Part shown: positions 24,841 to 26,701 of the stretch, piece by piece
Position numbering within the stretch: the stretch's first letter is position 1
Layout: every line of letters begins with the position of its first letter
Source: Nannocystales bacterium
GTDB lineage: Bacteria > Myxococcota_A > Polyangia > Nannocystales > Nannocystaceae
DNA length: 26,701 nt
Reading direction: 5' to 3'
Assembly: GCA_050633305.1 (NCBI GenBank)
Contig: JBOEGF010000030.1
Location: 1-26,701 of the forward strand
The notes under the pieces: generated by a model
What the model was told of the DNA's origin: nothing
The model's database searches: none
The model's input: the letters and a program-made list of their open reading frames with translations, nothing else
Made by a program: the position numbers and the translations under genes

Positions 24841-26164
24841 GGGAGTGTCTGAAGTTTTGTGTGTGAGGCCGACTGGCTGAAAATGGGCTCCCGAGAGGAG
24901 CAAGCATGAACACCAAAAACGAAGAAGTCGAAAAGCTGCTGGACCAGCTGAACATCACGAAGGACACCCAGATCGTGGGCGAGGGCGGGCTGCTCAAGGA
25001 ACTGACCAAACGGCTCCTGGAGCGGGCTCTCGAGGGCGAAATGACTGCGCACCTTGGCTACGAGAAGGGCGAGCGGGGCCCTGAAGGTCGCAGCAATCCG
25101 CGCAACGGCTCGTCGACCAAACGGGTCAAGACGGGCAGCACGGAAGTCGAGATCGAGGTTCCCCGCGATCGCCGAGGCACGTTCGAACCGGAGATCGTCA
25201 AGAAGCGCCAAGGTCGTCTCGACGGCTTCAACGACACCGTGATCTCGTTGTACGCGCGTGGGATGAGCACCCGAGATATCCGCGGCCACCTCGAAGAACT
25301 CTACGGTATCGAGGTCTCGCCCGAGCTCATCTCGAAGGTCACCGACGCCGTCCTCCAAGACGTCGGAGCATGGCGTAAGCGGTCTCTAGCGGCGGTTTGG
25401 CCGATCGTCTACCTGGACGCCATGGTCATTCGCGTCCGCGAGAGCGGCAGCGTGCGACGCAAGTCCGCGTACCTGGCGATTGGCATCGGAGTCGAGGGGC
25501 AGAAGGAAGTCCTCGGCCTATGGCTCGAGGAAACCGAGGGCGCGAAGTTCTGGCTCTCGGTCGTCACCGAGCTCAAGAATCGCGGCGTCGAGGACATCCT
25601 CATCGCCTGCGTCGACGGCCTCAAGGGCTTTCCCCAAGCCATCGAGGCGGTCTTCCCTCAGGCGACTGTCCAGACGTGCATCGTGCACATGATTCGGAAC
25701 TCCACCCGGTACGTGTCCTGGAAGGACAGGAAACAGGTCGCCAGAGACCTCAAGCCGGTCTACACTGCTGTGGACCGGGAGGAGGCCGAGGTGGCACTGA
25801 CCGTGTTCGAGGAAGCGTGGGGTCGCCAATACCCCATGATTACGCAGTCCTGGAGGTCGAACTGGGAGCGCGTGGTTCCTTTTCTCGACTTCCCGCCGGA
25901 CCTTCGGAGGATTCTGTATACCACCAACGCAATCGAGTCCTTCAACGCTCGAGTCCGCAAGCTCGTCAACGGTAAGGGACATTTCTCGACCGACGACGCC
26001 GCGTTCAAGGTCATCTACCTCGCTGTCGTCGCCGCTGAAAAACGATGGACTCGAAGACCCCAAGGCTGGGCTCAAGCCGTCAACCAACTCGCCCTACATT
26101 TTGAGGGCCGACTGCCCATCTGAAGCCGCGGGGTCTCCGCAAACACAGAAAATCGGACACACTC
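24841..26164 (+). mobile_element. IS256-family element
   Basis: 8-bp target duplication GAGTTTGA (24833-24840, 26165-26172); imperfect terminal inverted repeats, 20/28 by eye. Confidence 0.95.
24906..26123 (+). CDS. IS256-family transposase (intact)
   Basis: ERALEGEMTAHLGY, VPRDRRGTFEP, IVYLDA, ACVDGLKGF, QTCIVH, YTTNAIES. Confidence 0.96.
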   Translation: MNTKNEEVEKLLDQLNITKDTQIVGEGGLLKELTKRLLERALEGEMTAHLGYEKGERGPEGRSNPRNGSSTKRVKTGSTEVEIEVPRDRRGTFEPEIVKKRQGRLDGFNDTVISLYARGMSTRDIRGHLEELYGIEVSPELISKVTDAVLQDVGAWRKRSLAAVWPIVYLDAMVIRVRESGSVRRKSAYLAIGIGVEGQKEVLGLWLEETEGAKFWLSVVTELKNRGVEDILIACVDGLKGFPQAIEAVFPQATVQTCIVHMIRNSTRYVSWKDRKQVARDLKPVYTAVDREEAEVALTVFEEAWGRQYPMITQSWRSNWERVVPFLDFPPDLRRILYTTNAIESFNARVRKLVNGKGHFSTDDAAFKVIYLAVVAAEKRWTRRPQGWAQAVNQLALHFEGRLPI

Positions 26165-26701
26165 GAGTTTGAACGCGCGCCACACTCTGCTCACCGAGCT
26201 CTGGCTGACGCCGAGTTTCTTCGCGAGCCCCCGGGACGACCAGTGCGTTTGCCCCTTGGGGGTCGTCTCCAAAGTCGTTCGGACGATGGACTCGACGAGT
26301 TCGTCCCCGAGTCGTCGTTCCACCTTTGGCCGAGGAAGATCGTGGAGCGCCGAAAGCCCGCCGTCCAGGAAGCGCCGCTTCCAGTTGGACACCGTTGCCA
26401 CGGCGACGCCGAGGTCGGAGGCGATATCGCCGGGACTCTTTCCTTCCGCACACGCGAGGACAATTCGCGCCCTTACGACAAGCCGGTGTGAGACGGTCCG
26501 GGAACGCGCCCATCGTTCGAGGTCGGCACGGTCGCCCGCATTGATCGTGACCGGTGTGAGAGGACGGCCCATTCTTCGCGTTGATGCTGCCACACCCCCG
26601 CAACAGCCTGAGGATGTCGAAATTCCCCATTCTAGAACGTTTTCTCGACGCTACGGACTCAGGACACTAGACCCTATGAAACGACCGGCTCTCCTTCGAG
26701 G

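Larger units (their letters stand above)
24152..26572 (-). pseudogene. IS630 transposase split in two (26572-26165 and 24832-24152)
   Basis: N-terminal HTH ...VSRVWRAFKL rejoins QPHRQSTF...VLCVDEKSQIQ...IMDNYATH...SWLNQVERWF in frame when IS256 plus one duplication is removed. Confidence 0.93.
24122..26667 (-). mobile_element. IS630-family element, interrupted by IS256
   Basis: Perfect 28-bp inverted repeats GTGTCCTGAGTCCGTAGCGTCGAGAAAA (24122-24149, 26640-26667); TA duplication (24120-24121, 26668-26669) in a CTAG context. Confidence 0.95.

Overview
High-GC accessory region. Gene content (Cys-rich lipoproteins with Ser/Thr linkers, a DUF1592/DUF1552 pair, a membrane Ser/Thr kinase with a TPR protein, ECF sigma factors) suggests Myxococcota, probably Nannocystaceae-like; this is inference. 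Mobile elements: the 3' end of an IS110 with a candidate bridge-RNA region, three IS91-like rolling-circle remnants, an IS21 end, an apparently complete IS481, and an IS630 interrupted by an IS256. Cargo: an ECF-kinase-TPR operon divergent from a beta-helix lipoprotein/DUF1592/DUF1552 cluster, a broken hipBA with three operators 50 bp apart, a Calx-beta/polysaccharide-lyase-like protein, a CxxC-less DsbA-like lipoprotein, mgsA and a DUF4185 lipoprotein. Most notable: (1) the terminal motif of the IS91-like remnants, (CGCT)TAA(A/C)CGC, recurs at breakpoints of unrelated gene fragments, including an O-methyltransferase piece between perfect 13-bp direct repeats; (2) an identical bipartite motif TTCCTTGGACAC-N11-CGGGCAAC lies upstream of two genes 4.9 kb apart; (3) three lipoproteins share a six-Cys N-terminal module with different C-termini. 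All family calls are from motif recognition by eye, with no database search.
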